A stretch of 64,000 nt of DNA from Nostochopsis sp. (lineage in GTDB: Bacteria; Cyanobacteriota; Cyanobacteriia; Cyanobacteriales; Nostocaceae): the NCBI GenBank assembly GCA_051172755.1, contig JBMNDX010000001.1, positions 863,566-927,565 of the forward strand. Direction: 5' to 3'. The notes below the pieces were generated by a model that ran no database searches, was not told the origin of the DNA, and saw only the letters and a program-made list of their open reading frames with translations. Positions within the stretch are counted from its first letter, which is position 1. The number at the start of each line of letters is the position of its first letter. Of this stretch, positions 38,701 to 48,273 are shown piece after piece. The position numbers and the translations under genes were made by a program.

Positions 38701-38916
38701 CAAGTGGAACGAGCGCGTAACACCGTCTTGGAACGAGCAGAACGACTACAACAAGAAGCACAGCGACGCCTAGAAGAAGTGAAGCACCAAGCCCAAAAGC
38801 AAGCCGAAGAAACCCGCAAAGCAGCCGCATCAGCAGCCTGGTGGTTATTTACTACAGCTTTAGTATCGGCTATATTCTCTGCAATTTCCGGAGCAGTAGC
38901 AGCGATCGCTGTGTAG
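35800..38916 (+). CDS. polytopic membrane protein with eight tandem ~90-aa alpha-helical repeats and a C-terminal TM anchor (1038 aa)
   Basis: The N-terminal region has about 4 TM helices. Repeats have the pattern YL..(G)...ELNPEGI.RDL..LL.DP..G...L..RL...DR.TL..LLS.R.DLSEE.AN.I. The final TM helix is WWLFTTALVSAIFSAISGAVAAIAV. Confidence 0.6.
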   Translation: MFQSTVTTLELYQSLFWIAQVIAEPEGISPAQASVAISGPRFFTALISGVILAFAFQLVLTNLSVAAGISYLGRPSDSNSDHEEVGSFGGTIRKIGTAVGIWTLITVTIALAIACFLAVKMSLVIFSPGLGAILGLVIWGAYFLLLVWVSSTTVGSLIGNVVNTATSGFQAIMGTATAALGAKAINQQVVATTEAAAAAVRREFGSAIDPTSVREQVEDYLEMVRPPELDLTKIRGDFERLLSDPQVREIATSGDIRNIDRQKFIDLVSSRTDLSKRDANRIADTLYGVWQQVVSQTPSQDKMAELVDYLKSLQPGQANTGELNRKLDQLMAEMRSAKEADQKATPGPIQRTLQQGITALSGIVLGRTDLSDLDVEKILGALTTAKDKVSEKADQLGLPTPKQPYSPIRADVENYLLNTYAWQLSQERIAQDFRDVIYDPAADPGTIRRELEQLSRRDFTNTLQQRGLLTQAEIQRIVDQLEAVRQNVLVTVTAEEEREIVQDLQRRVESYLLVTPKSELTPEGIEQNFKSLLQDSDADYETQSRRLALLDRQELREILLERNDINPEEAETILNELEKQRDRVLIESKGLADQAKYQAETLWLNVESYLRNTGKEELNPNAIRAELTRLLQDPQAGAAALRARVSRFDRDTLVKLLSQRQDLSEDQANQILGTVEDSWHNVRHAPQAIADKAKQQYDSVTTTIADYLRKTGKNELNPEGIQRDLNRLLQDPREGAIALRRRLSQVDRDTLVKLLSQRQDLSEEQVNQVIDSVQDTIRNIVRSPRRLATRTQQRVETFQTYLEEYLRRSGKEELNPEGIKRDLYLLLHDPRVGMDSLSDRLAQFDRSTIITLLKLREDLSDEEAARIADTIFSVRDSFVEQVRAIQRRIQDTIDGIFARIRSYLNSLERPELNYDGIKRDVRTLFDDPQAGFDALRDRLSSFNRETLVAVMSSREDISEEDANRIIDQVERARNTVLERAERLQQEAQRRLEEVKHQAQKQAEETRKAAASAAWWLFTTALVSAIFSAISGAVAAIAV

Positions 38917-38962
38917 TAGATTTACAAAAGTAATTAAAAGTTGTCTCCGCTAAACCTACTGT

Positions 38963-38990
38963 AGCCTCTCAAGATTGAGAGGCTTTTTTA
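38963..38990. terminator. bidirectional rho-independent terminator (AGCCTCTC-AAGATT-GAGAGGCT plus T-run)
   Basis: Read directly, between convergent genes. Confidence 0.6.
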
Positions 38991-39043
38991 ATTTAGGGAT
39001 TATTAAGTCGTATCGTTTTTAACCACCAACAACTAACCACTAA

Positions 39044-41242
39044 CTACCCCAAAACATTCCCATCCAACGGAAAATCAACAACTACGGGTGAATTACCATT
39101 TGCTTGAACTGGTTCTGCATCGGTAACTGGCGGTTTCGGCTGTAACGGTGATATGACTTCACCGGGTTTAGTTGTTTGATTCCAGAGAATCATCGAAAGT
39201 AACCCATCTACCAAACCGTTGCTAGTACCATTGTTACCGCCAACTAAGACATCGGGGATGAGACGAACGTGGCGATCGCCAATAATTTGCATGAGCTGCA
39301 TTGCTGTATAACCCTGTGAACCCAAAGCTTCCACACCAGCATGGTATGCTTCTGCTTTGGCGTTACCAGTAGCACGGATGGCTTCGGCTTCAGCAAGGCT
39401 TTTGAGTCGTAGAGATTGGGCTTCTGCGTCGGCTCTTAAACGAATAGCTTGAGCTTCACCCGTGGTTTCTTTAACTTTGGCATTTGCTTTGAGTTCGGCA
39501 ATTTTCACGCCTTGCTCAGATTTCACCGCTTCTTGCTGAATATCAGCCTTAGCTTTCAATTCGGCAATCATCACCCCCTGCTCAGACTTCACCATATCTT
39601 GCTGGATATCAGCCAAAGCTGTTTCCCGTACCAGTTGCTGTCTTTGGGTTTGCGCCTGCTGCTGAACTTCAAAGGTTTTACGTTGTTCTTCAGCAATTTT
39701 CCGGTCTGTTTGGGTCTGCATCAAACTTGCTGGCGGTTGAATATCACCAATCAACGTATCGATCGCCTGTACATCATAAGCCCGCAGCGCTACTCTAATA
39801 AAATCGGCTGCTTCTGCTTGCCGTTCACTACGGGCGCTCAAGAAATCTAGTACGGTGTAATCTTGGGCTGAGTTGCGGAAATAGTTACCAATTGTTGGTT
39901 CTAATACATGGTCTACCAAATTCTGCATCGAACCCACACGAGAAATCACCTTGGGAGCATCCAAAGCACCAACATGAATAATTTGGGCAATTTCCAAGTC
40001 AAAAGCAAACCCGTCTTTGGAACGTACTGTTAAAGAGTCAAGTTTGGCATCATAATTATGGCGTTCGGTGCGAACCGACCAATTTAAAACAATATTGGTT
40101 GTTGGCACTAATTCAATTTTCATGATGCGGGTATTAACTGGGTGCTTACCTGGATAAAGTGGTTCTATCCAAACACCTTTGTGTCCTTGATTGACTAAAT
40201 TACCGTGGGTAAAAGCTGCACCACTCACATCTTCATGCGCCTTACCAACAAACGAAATCACCACACCCACATAACCAATGGGAATTTCTGTCATCGGTAC
40301 TTGCTCGACTTGGACAAACCAAGGATTCAAGTTCCAAGAACCAGAAAGCAAAATCTGTTCTTGCAAACCTCGACGTCCACCACCATCAATAAATCTTTGT
40401 CCATTTTGGAAGTTATCGTGAGCAGCGATCACCGGGCCAGCAATTTCACCCCCCGGAATCGGAAGACCATCTAGAGTCGTGACGATCCCAACTTTGTCCC
40501 CAGCCACACTATACAGCCGCAATTGGTCTGGACTCATGCCATGTTTGCTGGCGTTAGCTGCTGTGATGATCTTAAATAGGGCAGTGTTGATTCGATAAGT
40601 ACCAGCTGTGAGAAAACCCATTTGTCGCCCTTTTTCCCCAGCATGAGTCAAAAATTTCCGGGCGTCTTGGAAATTGTCGCATTCTACTATTTTGCCCAAA
40701 ATACGTTCGGGCGGGGTATGTGTGCCATCTTCCGCTACAATCAGAGCAATTTCACCTTGGGGAATGGCGACCACTGGCTCTTTTTTCACCGAGTATTGCC
40801 AAGGCCAATAGCCCCAGTGCCAACCAGGAGCCAGAGTATCAGCCTGAAAACCAGCTTCACCATTCATGGCGATTAAGCGTCCGGCGGGAAGTCCACGTCC
40901 AGAAATCGTAAATTTTTTAATAACAACGCCAACTTCTCGTTCACCGATCACAACCAGTCCGCCAAAAAACAGGGGGACAAAAATCACAACACCACCCACA
41001 ACAATAATGGGAATAACTCCCCAAGGTGACACATCTGAAAGTCTAATGGTCGTTGGTTGTGTTTGCTGAATTTGGGTTGAGACTGAGGTGAATTCTTGGG
41101 GAGTAGTTTTGTTAACAGGATTGGCGCTAGCAGTATGAATGCTACCAGCTATAGTCAAAGTTGTGATTACAGATGCTGCGAAACGAAGTATTTTATTGTG
41201 CTTTTGTTGACTTTTCTTAGAAGAATCTTGTGAGGCTTCCAT
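39044..41242 (-). CDS. flotillin-like SPFH/band-7 protein with an N-terminal extension (732 aa)
   Basis: SPFH domain followed by an EA-rich coiled-coil flotillin region (AEAQSLRLKSLAEAEAIRATGNAKAEAYH). N-terminal signal or TM segment. Confidence 0.8.
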   Translation of the reverse strand: MEASQDSSKKSQQKHNKILRFAASVITTLTIAGSIHTASANPVNKTTPQEFTSVSTQIQQTQPTTIRLSDVSPWGVIPIIVVGGVVIFVPLFFGGLVVIGEREVGVVIKKFTISGRGLPAGRLIAMNGEAGFQADTLAPGWHWGYWPWQYSVKKEPVVAIPQGEIALIVAEDGTHTPPERILGKIVECDNFQDARKFLTHAGEKGRQMGFLTAGTYRINTALFKIITAANASKHGMSPDQLRLYSVAGDKVGIVTTLDGLPIPGGEIAGPVIAAHDNFQNGQRFIDGGGRRGLQEQILLSGSWNLNPWFVQVEQVPMTEIPIGYVGVVISFVGKAHEDVSGAAFTHGNLVNQGHKGVWIEPLYPGKHPVNTRIMKIELVPTTNIVLNWSVRTERHNYDAKLDSLTVRSKDGFAFDLEIAQIIHVGALDAPKVISRVGSMQNLVDHVLEPTIGNYFRNSAQDYTVLDFLSARSERQAEAADFIRVALRAYDVQAIDTLIGDIQPPASLMQTQTDRKIAEEQRKTFEVQQQAQTQRQQLVRETALADIQQDMVKSEQGVMIAELKAKADIQQEAVKSEQGVKIAELKANAKVKETTGEAQAIRLRADAEAQSLRLKSLAEAEAIRATGNAKAEAYHAGVEALGSQGYTAMQLMQIIGDRHVRLIPDVLVGGNNGTSNGLVDGLLSMILWNQTTKPGEVISPLQPKPPVTDAEPVQANGNSPVVVDFPLDGNVLG

Positions 41243-41249
41243 ATATTTG

Positions 41250-42700
41250 CCCCTCTGGGCAACTAATTATCCAATGTATCACTTCACTTAGGCTTCACCT
41301 CATTTCTTAAACTTGTCCTAATTTTGTTGACACTCCCCGGTCGCGCATACACGGGGATTCTTGGTTCAGTGACTCGCCGTTAGACGACAGGTTTACACCA
41401 ATCGCCCAAGAGGGTAAATCTCCCCAAGTGTAAGTTCCGGTATGCCCTACCGTACTGAGACCTAGTCTCAAAATATTGATTGCTGCATTGACATCTCTGT
41501 CTTCGATATATCCACAATGTGGACAAACATGAGTTCTGGTAGACAGAGATTTTTTCACCTTCAAGCCACAGTTAGAGCAATTTTGGCTTGTATTGTGGGG
41601 AGGAACAGCAACTGTTACCTTCCCATATTTATGTCCAAAATATTCTAACCATGACCTAAAAGTTGACCAACCAGCATCACTTATTGACTTAGCCAGATGA
41701 CGATTACGTACCAAGCCTTTGACATTTAAGTCTTCATAGGCGACCAAATCGTTAGATTGGATGACGGAGTATGCAACACGCTTGCAATACTCTTTTCGTT
41801 GCCTACTTACTTTTAAATGCTTCCGAGCATATCGTATCTTCGCTTTGTGGTAGTTGTTAGATTGACGTTGTTTAGACTTCTTTTTATCCTTGCTGAACTT
41901 CTTGGATTTTTTACGATTAGCACGGTTTAATTGTTTTTCAGACTTGCGGTAAAACTGGGGTGATTGTTCTACATTGCCTTTGTTATCAGCAATGAAATAC
42001 TTCAGCCCCAAATCAATACCAACTACTTGATTTGTAGGTTGTGTTTCAACCCTAGCATCAACATCAACCGCAAATTGAGCGTAATATCCATCAGCACGAC
42101 GCACTAATCGTACACGCTTAATCTGTTTGATGTCGTAGTAGTTCAAGTCGTAGGTTCCTTTTAACTTTAAGGTTCCTATTCCCTTTTTATCTGAGAAAGT
42201 TATAGCTTTACGAGTTTGTGAAAGCTTCCATCCTGATGTTTTGTATTCAACAGAACGGCAGTTTTTCTTAAACTTTGGATATCCTTTTTTACCTTTAACT
42301 TTCTTCTTGCAATTCTCGTAAAACCGAGCAACTGCACTCCAAGCACGTTCAGCAGCAGATTGACGAGCCATTGAATTGAGTTCCGAAGCAAAGGAAAATT
42401 CAGCAGCTAATACTGCACAATATTTATTGAAGTCGTATTTGCCAATCTTTTTGTTATCCATCCAGTAGCGTAAAGCTTTATTTTGAATGAATTGACTAGT
42501 ACGAATAGCATCATCTATTGCACAATATTGCTTGTTTTTCCCTTTGATTTTGAACTCGTAAATTATCATTGACTCGACCGAATCGACTACATTATTATGC
42601 TAACACACCATGTATAAATTATCTGGCAATCTTGAAAAGATTACGGCGACTAAAGTCGCTTGAGTCGCTTATATCTCAGCGGCTCAAGCCTCTGAGTTTT
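41250..42700 (-). mobile_element. IS200/IS605-family TnpB-only element (boundaries approximate)
   Basis: tnpB lies at 41307-42569. Subterminal hairpins are present at 42640-42700. Confidence 0.45.
41307..42569 (-). CDS. tnpB: TnpB (IS200/IS605 OrfB-type)
   Basis: 420 aa. RuvC-like motifs and a zinc finger CSNCGLKVKKSLSTRTHVCPHCGYIEDRDVNAAINI. Confidence 0.85.
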   Translation of the reverse strand: MIIYEFKIKGKNKQYCAIDDAIRTSQFIQNKALRYWMDNKKIGKYDFNKYCAVLAAEFSFASELNSMARQSAAERAWSAVARFYENCKKKVKGKKGYPKFKKNCRSVEYKTSGWKLSQTRKAITFSDKKGIGTLKLKGTYDLNYYDIKQIKRVRLVRRADGYYAQFAVDVDARVETQPTNQVVGIDLGLKYFIADNKGNVEQSPQFYRKSEKQLNRANRKKSKKFSKDKKKSKQRQSNNYHKAKIRYARKHLKVSRQRKEYCKRVAYSVIQSNDLVAYEDLNVKGLVRNRHLAKSISDAGWSTFRSWLEYFGHKYGKVTVAVPPHNTSQNCSNCGLKVKKSLSTRTHVCPHCGYIEDRDVNAAINILRLGLSTVGHTGTYTWGDLPSWAIGVNLSSNGESLNQESPCMRDRGVSTKLGQV

Positions 42701-42787
42701 ACGCTTACCACGAGGTTGTATAAAAATTTACTCAATAACCAAAAGTAATCAGTGTTGTGGAATTTTTATAAAATTTAATACTTACCA

Positions 42788-42819
42788 AAAACCCGGTCTC
42801 TTCTAGAAACCGGGTTTTT
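42788..42819 (-). terminator. rho-independent terminator after atpC (AAACCCGGT...ACCGGGTTT plus T-run)
   Basis: Read directly. Confidence 0.6.
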
Positions 42820-42821
42820 AA

Positions 42822-43235
42822 TTATACCATCCCACCAGCAGCTTGAAAACGAGCGCGGGCGCGTTTAAAAGCTTGGGTAGCTTGGATTTGAGCTTGGCGA
42901 TCGCCTTCTTTAACTTGACCTAAACGGGTTTGTGCTTCGTTAAAAGCAGTACGAGCTTCCTCAAGGTCAATTTTGTCGCCACGTTCTGCACCATTGACCA
43001 GAATGGTCACTTCATCTTCTTCAACTTCAGCAAATCCACCTAGAAGAGCAATAGGTGTCCAGCCTTGGTTTTTACTAGGACGTACTCGCATCACACCAGT
43101 ATCCAAGGCAGTTAATAATGGTGCGTGTCCAGTGAGGATACCTAGCTGACCAGTGGTGCTGGGCAAAATTACTTCTTCAGCAACAGCATCCCAGATTGTT
43201 TTGTCTGGGGAAATTACACGAACTGTTAATGGCAT
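42822..43235 (-). CDS. atpC: F0F1 ATP synthase epsilon subunit
   Basis: 137 aa with the typical epsilon sequence. Immediately downstream of the beta subunit gene. Confidence 0.9.
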   Translation of the reverse strand: MPLTVRVISPDKTIWDAVAEEVILPSTTGQLGILTGHAPLLTALDTGVMRVRPSKNQGWTPIALLGGFAEVEEDEVTILVNGAERGDKIDLEEARTAFNEAQTRLGQVKEGDRQAQIQATQAFKRARARFQAAGGMV

Positions 43236-43242
43236 ATGTCCT

Positions 43243-43325
43243 TTGTTAGTAGTTAGTAGTTAGTGGTTAGTAGTTAGTAGTTAGTAGCTGTCACCACTAA
43301 TCAATAACCAATAACCACTAACTAA
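43243..43325. repeat. heptanucleotide tandem repeats (GTTAGTA/GTTAGTG) between atpD and atpC
   Basis: Read directly. Confidence 0.8.
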
Positions 43326-44837
<1,512 letters not shown>

Positions 44838-44980
44838 TCATTTTCAAGAGTAGCACTGAACGACGCCAGAAATTTGGCATAAATTCATTATTAAGCTTGA
44901 GCAGATAAGTCGTTAGTCAGGTTAGGATAGCAGTAGAGGTGGTCAAAACTGTCTAGAGAAGCTTGTTTGTGATCATTTAT

Positions 44981-45754
44981 TTATTGGGTGAGAACGTTGG
45001 GAACGTTGGTACTTGTAGCTTGAAAAAATTCCTTTTTCTCAAACCCAAAAGTATTAGCAATGAGTGAGTTGGGAAAACTCTGAATTTTTTGATTATATGC
45101 TTGCACTGCTTGGTTGTAGCGCATTCGCTCGACCGCGAGGCGATTTTCAGTACCTGTTAACTCGTACTGAAGATTGGTAAATAATTGGCTAGATTGCAAT
45201 TGGGGATTAGCAACTGCATAATCACGGAAACGATCAATCGCTTGATTGATTTGGACTGTTGCAGCAGCTTTTTGATTGGGAGTAGTTGCTTGTAAATAAG
45301 CCTGACGCGATCGCACCAACAAAGAAACTAACTCTTTTTCCTGTTTAGCATAGGCTTTTGTCACATTCACAAGGTTGGGAATCAGATCAGCACGTCGTTG
45401 CAGTTGATTTTCGACTTGCGCCCAAGCTGCATCAACTTGAGTACTAATGCTTTGAAGTGAGTTGTAAGTCCAGCCACACCAAATATTTAATGCTGCTAGT
45501 ATCCCCGCACCAGCTATTAATAACTTTTGGCGCAGATGCACTAATCGCTTTTGTTCTTTTTGTTGCTGCTGGTGCTTTGCTTGCACATCTTGGATCGCTT
45601 GCTGAATAAACTCGGCGGGAATATCAGCTTCCTTTCCTGCTGCTACCAAGTCCGCAACCGAATAACTTTGGGTATGATTGGCATAGTAGCGCGAGGCTAA
45701 TTCTAGCACCTCCGGCGCGATTTCTTCAGGAATTTTCTTCTGTGGATTGTTCAT
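44981..45754 (-). CDS. LemA-family protein with an about 70-aa N-terminal extension
   Basis: TM helix followed by the LemA domain (NSLQSISTQVDAAWAQVENQLQRRADLIPNLV). Confidence 0.75.
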   Translation of the reverse strand: MNNPQKKIPEEIAPEVLELASRYYANHTQSYSVADLVAAGKEADIPAEFIQQAIQDVQAKHQQQQKEQKRLVHLRQKLLIAGAGILAALNIWCGWTYNSLQSISTQVDAAWAQVENQLQRRADLIPNLVNVTKAYAKQEKELVSLLVRSRQAYLQATTPNQKAAATVQINQAIDRFRDYAVANPQLQSSQLFTNLQYELTGTENRLAVERMRYNQAVQAYNQKIQSFPNSLIANTFGFEKKEFFQATSTNVPNVLTQ

Positions 45755-45759
45755 AATAT

Positions 45760-47004
45760 TTACCAGTTACCGCCAGCACCACCGCCGCCGCTACTTCCAC
45801 CACCAAAGCTACCACCGGCACCACTACTTCCACCACCACCACCATAACTCGTGGGAGGAGGGGGTGGAGGAGGTAAGCGAGGAATAATTTCCTCTTTTTC
45901 GTAGCTATAATCACAACTGTGGCAATCATCGATAATTAATCGTTTGCCAGAATGAAATTGTGTAGCTGGTCTGACAGTAGTTTTAGTACGGGTGACAGTC
46001 AACTCTTGGCAATGAGGACATTTCTGAAATCGAGCTGAACGAGATTCTTGGGCAACAATGTGGAAGCCATTACCAGTTAGCTTGTGGCTACAATTGGCAC
46101 ATCTCCAACCTTCAAATTTGACACTACCAAGTTCTTGTGCTGTTTTTTCTGGTTTGCTGAGAAAGGAATCAACAGTAGTTGCGTCTACTTTTGCCATCGG
46201 TTGTTGGCAATCAGCACACAAAAAAATGTAATTTCCCTTACTTTTGCGTGTACGTCCTTCTGGTGCAATTAAAATTTTTCGAGGAATTACCAGAAAAACA
46301 CCTGTTCCTATCGTTAGTAAAATCATTCCACCAATGACAAATAATTGCCAAGGAGTATTGCCATCAGAATTTGTTTGTGAATTCGGCGCAGTTTCCGAGT
46401 TGGGAGTTACGATTTGATTTGGAGTGGTTGTCTGATTTCCAGAGGATGTTTGCTCAGAGTTTAAAATAACTATTAACGCTTTTGTTCCCGCCAGTGTTCC
46501 AGCTTCAAAATCTCCCTTTTTAAATTGGGGAATGATTTGGGTATCGATAATATTGCCGACTTTTGCATCAGGCAAAATTGCTTCCACACCATAACCCGTC
46601 TCAATTTCCACGCGGCGATCGCCTACTGAAATCAAAAACAAGACACCATTATCTTGTCCATTTTTGCCGATTCCCCACTTATTAAACAGTTCGGTGGCAA
46701 ATTTTTTGGGAGTACTTGCAGGTACAGTTTCTGGTACTGTCACCACTGCCATTTCTGTGCCATTTTTTGCCTCTAATTCCGAAATCATCTGATTGATTTG
46801 GCTTTCTGTGCGATCGCTGAGAATCCCTGTCATATCAGTTACCCAACCACCATTTTGCTGTCGAGGGTTGGGTACTTCTTGGACAGTCACAGCCAAACTA
46901 GAAACTGGAGAAACAAGTATGGCAGAGGAAAATAAACTCACCCAAAAAATGTGTTTTGGTTTGAGAAAATTTAATTGCATTGCTTTAGCCTCCAGCAGAA
47001 ACAT
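45760..47004 (-). CDS. TPM-domain (YgcG-like) protein with TM helix, tandem zinc ribbons and a Pro/Gly-rich tail
   Basis: TPM domain (LFLISVGDRRVEIETGYG). CxxC pairs CADCQQ...CANC and CPHCQ...CHSC. Tail PPPPPPPTSYGGGGGSSG. Confidence 0.75.
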   Translation of the reverse strand: MFLLEAKAMQLNFLKPKHIFWVSLFSSAILVSPVSSLAVTVQEVPNPRQQNGGWVTDMTGILSDRTESQINQMISELEAKNGTEMAVVTVPETVPASTPKKFATELFNKWGIGKNGQDNGVLFLISVGDRRVEIETGYGVEAILPDAKVGNIIDTQIIPQFKKGDFEAGTLAGTKALIVILNSEQTSSGNQTTTPNQIVTPNSETAPNSQTNSDGNTPWQLFVIGGMILLTIGTGVFLVIPRKILIAPEGRTRKSKGNYIFLCADCQQPMAKVDATTVDSFLSKPEKTAQELGSVKFEGWRCANCSHKLTGNGFHIVAQESRSARFQKCPHCQELTVTRTKTTVRPATQFHSGKRLIIDDCHSCDYSYEKEEIIPRLPPPPPPPTSYGGGGGSSGAGGSFGGGSSGGGGAGGNW

Positions 47005-47140
47005 TTCTGGAGTTAGTTTGAGTCAAAATCAATTTCTGTTATTTTTAACAAGTGTAGATTATTCTCTATAGTTTAGTATTATTGTACTATAATGAGTATT
47101 TCAAAGTTAAAATTCTAAGTTCCTAACACTACCTACAGAT

Positions 47141-47482
47141 ATGCTGAATAACAGCAAAAACCCTCCAGTTAATTCAGCTAATGTTCTTTACAGACATGGC
47201 GACGTTTTGATTAGACGTGTTGCCACTATACCTAATCTTGCCGAAAAGCATACAGGTTCTATTCTAGCTCATGGTGAAGTTACAGGACACAGCCATCGCA
47301 TCCAGCCATCAAATGCTGTGCAGTTATGGGTGCATGGTAGTGAGCTTTTTTTGGAAGTGAAACAAACAGGTGCTACTCTGGTTCATGAAGAGCATCGGGC
47401 AATTGAAATACCTCAAGGTTTTTACCGTGTTTGGAGACAACGTGAATACCGCCCTGATGCTTACGTGGAGGTCGAAGATTAA
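47141..47482 (+). CDS. hypothetical protein (113 aa)
   Basis: Its stop codon abuts the start of the next gene (TAA-ATG). Confidence 0.45.
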   Translation: MLNNSKNPPVNSANVLYRHGDVLIRRVATIPNLAEKHTGSILAHGEVTGHSHRIQPSNAVQLWVHGSELFLEVKQTGATLVHEEHRAIEIPQGFYRVWRQREYRPDAYVEVED

Positions 47483-48181
47483 ATGCTGAGTTTGATGTCT
47501 AAGGGGCGTGTACCAAAGAAACCAGTAAAACAACGCCCAACCGAAAGTGATGAGCCTGTATCGGCGGAACTAGCCCGCAAACTCATAATTGAGCATCGCG
47601 CCTGGGATGGAATGCGTGTTTTAGGACATCTGGATTTAAGCGGGGCATCACAACTTTACCATCTGCCGGAAAATCTCACTTGTGAAAGTTTAGATATTAG
47701 CGACTGTATAAACCTAACTCAGCTTCCCAAAGGTTTGCATGTTACTCGTTGGATTGAGTTAGCTGGAAGTGGAATCACCGGTTTAGGGACAGGACATGGT
47801 TTCGTGTTGCGTTGGCGGGGTGTACAGGTTAGCGATCGCCTCATCTTTAATCCACAATCCATCACAGGACAAGATATCCTCAATACAGAAAATGTTGAGC
47901 TGCGGCGCGTGCTGCTTGAGCGTCTGGGATACGAAAAATTTTTACAGCAAGTCGGAGGATTGATACGCGATCGCGATCAGGACGCAGGAGGGGAACGTCA
48001 ACTCATCTACATTCCTTTTGAGAATGATGAAGCCCTGATGGTGTTGAAGGTGATTTGTCCATCTACAAAACACACTCATATACTACGTGTTCCCCCCTAT
48101 ATGCAGAATTGCCATCAAGCAGCAGCCTGGATTGCTGGGTTTAATAACCCAGATGACTACCAGCCTTTGATTGAAGCTTAA
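47483..48181 (+). CDS. hypothetical protein with an LRR-like segment (232 aa)
   Basis: HLDLSGASQLYHLPENLTCESLDISDCINLTQLPKGL resembles short leucine-rich repeats. Confidence 0.45.
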   Translation: MLSLMSKGRVPKKPVKQRPTESDEPVSAELARKLIIEHRAWDGMRVLGHLDLSGASQLYHLPENLTCESLDISDCINLTQLPKGLHVTRWIELAGSGITGLGTGHGFVLRWRGVQVSDRLIFNPQSITGQDILNTENVELRRVLLERLGYEKFLQQVGGLIRDRDQDAGGERQLIYIPFENDEALMVLKVICPSTKHTHILRVPPYMQNCHQAAAWIAGFNNPDDYQPLIEA

Positions 48182-48206
48182 CTAATAGACATCTCCGAGA
48201 AAGAAT

Positions 48207-48234
48207 GTAGAGACGTTAAATTTAACGTCTCTAC
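48207..48234. repeat. 28-bp perfect palindrome GTAGAGACGTTAAATTTAACGTCTCTAC
   Basis: Read directly. Confidence 0.8.
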
Positions 48235-48273
48235 AAGGGTTTTGGGGAACGCATAATTCATTTTTCGAGAGGT

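Noticed and set aside
45726-45929. 67-aa ORF rich in Val/Ala overlapping the TPM gene 3-prime end and the LemA start
   Set aside because: It lies entirely within or overlapping better-supported genes on the same strand in another frame. The low-complexity translation comes from the GC-rich Gly/Pro-coding region.
47141-48181. Prophage or phage-derived module for the abutting hypothetical pair
   Set aside because: No integrase, capsid or terminase genes are present, and there are no attachment-site repeats. Only weak LRR-like similarity was seen.
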